From NCBI RefSeq assembly GCF_902652985.1, contig NC_047028.1:10664001-10728000 (forward strand): a stretch of 64,000 nt of DNA, given 5' to 3'. The position numbers and the translations under genes are program-made. A model generated the notes under the pieces. That model was given only the letters and a program-made list of their open reading frames with translations, made no database searches and was not told the origin of the DNA. Shown piece after piece: positions 59,711 to 64,000 of the stretch. Positions within the stretch are counted from its first letter, which is position 1. Each line of letters starts with the position of its first letter. The stretch comes from Pecten maximus (Eukaryota).

Positions 59711-62354
59711 GGGAGGGGAGAGGGACTATTTCAATTCCTGTAATTATCCAACACCGAACTGTATATAGGACATGCATGATGTGCACCGTAAAGAGCTAAA
59801 GGCAGATAATCTACGTTTAAAATCTTAGACACGTATATAGAAAAAATAGATACAATGACATAGCGAATCCATTATCATGTTTAGTATTACTGTTTTGCCT
59901 TCAAAGTCTTCCGGGTAGACTGTGATCATTAGGCGAGTCAAGTACAGGTAGGTTTTATCGTTCAAATTTTATATTACATTTCCATGATGATGAAATATTA
60001 ATTTTGTGTAAATTTTCTACAGTCTTACTGTTCGTGAGGTGTTATAAGTACCAGGATAGATCGTGGAATATAAACATATGGCCTTACACCTACCAAGACC
60101 CTATGAGTCTATACTACTCTATACTTCTGTTCATATCTTACTTACGTTTATCGACTTAAGTTAGAAATACGGCTACGGTTTTTATGTCGGTATACCATGT
60201 TTTCCGAAAATTTATCATGTGCATTTTCTATCTTAATTGGACTGTGCTTAACGCTCAACAAATTAACCATTAATGTATACAGTAACAGTGAATCAGACAA
60301 ACTTCGACTTATTAATAATGTTGCCTCCTACCGGCCATTTTTAGATAATTCTAGGAACTAGCCATGCCCAGTAACTGAGAGAAAATACACAAAAAACTAT
60401 AAATAGCTATGATTGCATTGTTAATGAACGGATGAGAAACGGACCAAAACATGACAAACTATTGAAAAATATAGGGTTATCTTTGTCTGATATGTAATTT
60501 TCAATCCCTCTCTAGGAATTCGGGTTGAACAAGATACGCAATATTCCAGCCAAGTCAGGGTGTAATCATTTTAGATTGTTTATATATGTATTTATTATTA
60601 TTATTTCATCTTTTATTATATTGTTTAATCTTTTTTTCATTTTATTTCTTTGCTATAATGAGTATTACTGTACCTGAATTACGTAAGGGATACACATAAA
60701 AAAAACTGCATACATAATATGCACAATGTTAAAACAAGAAAATTGTTACAAATACAAAAGTGAAGATAACATGAGCATTATATGTTACCACCGAGTAATG
60801 CAAATGGATATCTTTCAAAAGCAGAGAATTTGTGAAATACCAGTTAGATTTCAACATCAAACTAGAAAAAATGAATCTTTTCGCATTTACTAACATATAA
60901 ACATAATACTTCAAAGCCGTGTGTGTTCTAGGCAAATTTTGTGGCCCTCTCTTGACTGACTTGTTTTTTTTATTTAATACGAGCCTGTTTATATTGAAAT
61001 GATAATAATGAAAATGAAAATTGTGTTCAACATTTGTATAGCGCACTATTGAATTTGCAAATTTGCAAAAAATGTAAAGGGTATCTGCATCAAGGTCTTA
61101 TGGCAGGCATAAAGAGATAAATAATATTCAAGAAAAGAATACGAATAAGAGTTTATCAGAGAAGGTGCAGGAAACAAAGACCCTGCATAGTCCTCCAATA
61201 TAAATATGAATCGCCAAGGCTTGTGCCGACCAACCATACTCTTCAACGCGGGTTCAGACAAGCCTCGTGCTGGCCAGTCAAACTCTTCTACGAGAGTTCA
61301 GACATGCCTCATGGTGCCTAGACAACCTCTTACACGAGGGTTAAGACAAGCGTTGTGCTGGCCAGCTAAACTGTTCTACGAGAGTTCAGATATCCCTGTT
61401 AACAGTTAAGAACTATGTAAGATTATATAAGGCTTTTTCAGTCTACTGTTGATTTAAGTCAAATACTGATGGCGAAACTAAGGTTTCTAGAGATGCAGGC
61501 TGTGGAAGACAATCGGAAAGTTTTACGGTTGGTATCTTGATCTCATTTGAGAATATTGATATGTTTATTGATATGGCTTGTGGTTCCGTTGTCACCTAGT
61601 TGTAGATCTGCATAGCGGATTTCGTCGATTAAGTTTAAATATGTTTATCTTTAAAAAAAAAAATGGTATTATTATCCTTGTACTTTATTCAAACGGTATT
61701 GAAATACAAATCTATATTGCTTATTCTTATTTTGCTCTCGTTTTACCGCTTTCGAGTTTGACTTAGGTTTTCCTTTTAATATAGATATTCGTTGTCTAGA
61801 AAATATCTACCGTCACCCATAGTAGTAGAATGCAAGCTGTACTATAATCTAATTACTCAGCGCATTATTAATTAGCTGAATGAATTACATATTTATTCAA
61901 ACGCAGCAACAGGTCAATATAGCAGCATGGCGCTTTTTATATTTCGTGCCGTAGACCTAAGAACTGTTTTGTGGACGATGTGGAACCATTTAGACCCATT
62001 CTCTCTTTTGTTCGATAGCAACAAAAACGTTCAAAGCAAACGCAAACACTTAAAGATTTGTAGGATCAAAGTGATATTGAATAAGCAGTTACATGAGTAA
62101 GTTTATCGATTACTTTTGTCGGATCAGAGGACTTGGTTCAGTCTATTATTTAATTATAATATGTAAACCATTGTATCGTTATACAACTGATGTCTGGTTT
62201 CTAATGTATAGGAGTGTAAAGAGGCATATAAATTGTTAAAACGGACCAATTTCAACTCGATAATTCTCTATAGTCTGATTTGGCGAGAAAACTTTCACTG
62301 AGTAGTTCCAATTGAGACAGGATACGTGTTTAAGCTTTGTTATGGTTTATAAAT

Positions 62355-62712
62355 GCCATTGTTGATTGTAATTATGAATATCCATAATTTATTACATTTT
62401 TACCAGTGGAATATCAAAAATTATTCATTCTATAAATGTGATATTTTTCACTAGTGAAAATACTAGTGAAAAATATCACTTTTGCTGATTTGACCAGATC
62501 AGATTAATGATTAGAAAATAGCAAAACAATTGACCAATTAGAAAGCCCGACATATATGTCAGCACCTGGACAGGGGGAACTACTTTGTTTAGGGAACTGT
62601 AGGCCTAGTTAGCATACGTGGTAGGTTTTTCGTTGATAAATAAATCAAAATATTAGCCCCACTCGTGAAATATATTTGGTATTACTGAAGACACTGTTAG
62701 ATATCCTCTATC
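62355..62712. mobile_element. Non-autonomous interspersed element, same family as the right ends of the 1.8-kb repeats
   Basis: TCGTGAAATATATTTGGTATTACTGAAGACACTGTTAGATATCCTCTAT is shared with ~54857-54905 and ~58984-59032. Confidence 0.6.
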
Positions 62713-64000
62713 TACTGCATACATTGTAAATACTGTATACAAGTATCTCAAAAGAGTCGAGCTATGGCAAAACAAATTATAATAAGAGTATGTGTCATGG
62801 AGTAGTTTAAATATAATTCAACACATGGTGTACGATACGCAAGTAATGTAATACTGTTCTTTTGTCGTGCGACGCTTTTGGTGTTTTTTTAAAGTTCCTA
62901 AGATATCTTTAAACATTTGTGTGAAAATAAATTTTAGATACAACTGCACCTCACTTCATGCATAGTCATTTTAAGTTATTTAATAATTTAAACACATTCA
63001 ACAATATAACCTTATCAAACAAAAATTATCAGATGCTACTTCTCAAATAATTCCCATTGGTGTAGTGATATGAACAATTAAGTTCTTGATGACGTCAATA
63101 AATGACAACGATTAGTTTGACATCACTATATTGAGTGTAAAAACACAACTGATCAATGCAGCAATTAATCAATGTGTGTAAGTGTGTGTGTGTGTGTGGG
63201 AGGGGGGGGGGGGGGGGGATGAGTGAGAGAGTATATTGGTGCGTGTGTGTGTGTAAATCGTGTCTGTTCTTTTTTGCCGAGAACGATCGCTTGTAGTTGT
63301 AACGTAGTATGCACTTGTTTGTTTTTGTATAACGTCCTATTAACAGTATATTAAGTAGTATGCACATTTCACGCACTGTTATACGTATCAAACCTGATTT
63401 AGAAAGTTATTTTCCTGTAATTCTCACAGGATTGGAGACCAATTTATCATAATCTTTATTCCTCTTGTCCGCAATAATGTGAAATAATAGTTTAACTTAA
63501 AAAAACAACATATTAATACTTAATAATCGATCACAAAATACATTGTATAATTTATCTTCATATATATATGTACGATTGTAGGTTAAACTAGAGTAGATTT
63601 GCAAGCAAATGTAGTGATACTGTTAGCATGTCCAAGATATTTTTATTGTGAGAATGTCGACTTTATAGAACCATATTATAGGTGATATACAAACGAATTC
63701 CGAAAGTAATATGGAAGGCATTTTTTTTCTGATTACCGAATACGTGGTCCCCTAAAACAGCGGTCATGTAATCATTTGGTGTTTTCAAGAGTTTCAATTT
63801 CAATCTATGTTTTGATTATGTTTTCCATTCATTATATCGAATATGGGCTTGTTTTCCAGATTCGTCCACTTTTCGGCATTTTCATTTTCTCTTTCTACCA
63901 TTTCTATTATATCAACCATTGGTTCGCTCATTTGCCTGAGTCATGCATGTAAAACAGGCATTATCTAAATATGACAGCACCCGTGAATCTTGTATCCTGT

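Overview
AT-rich, intron-containing animal DNA; gene and repeat content suggest a bivalve mollusc. Exons were assembled by hand from GT-AG sites and reading-frame phase. Left to right: (1) the 5' part of a minus-strand, signal-peptide DUF885-like gene; (2) a 9-exon, 220-aa coiled-coil gene on the plus strand with an E2F site in its promoter; (3) a complete 10-exon EFHC2 on the minus strand; (4) an innate-immune cluster on the minus strand at 28.6-52.8 kb. The cluster holds two intact single-coding-exon genes for a 553-aa protein (N-myristoylation motif, TIR-like domain, unknown middle region, two CCHC BIR domains, no RING). Upstream of them lies a 7-exon, 580-aa IL-1-receptor-like gene (signal peptide, two Ig-like domains, TM, TIR, Ser/Thr tail) that the ORF track shows only as fragments. 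A tandem segmental duplication copied the TIR-BIR gene together with only the cytoplasmic exons of the receptor. The best candidate for an undescribed system is a dedicated Ig-TIR receptor paired with a membrane-anchored TIR-IAP adaptor. The rest is minisatellites, SINEs, MITEs, a mariner relic and long hairpins with strand-asymmetric GA/GA mismatches.
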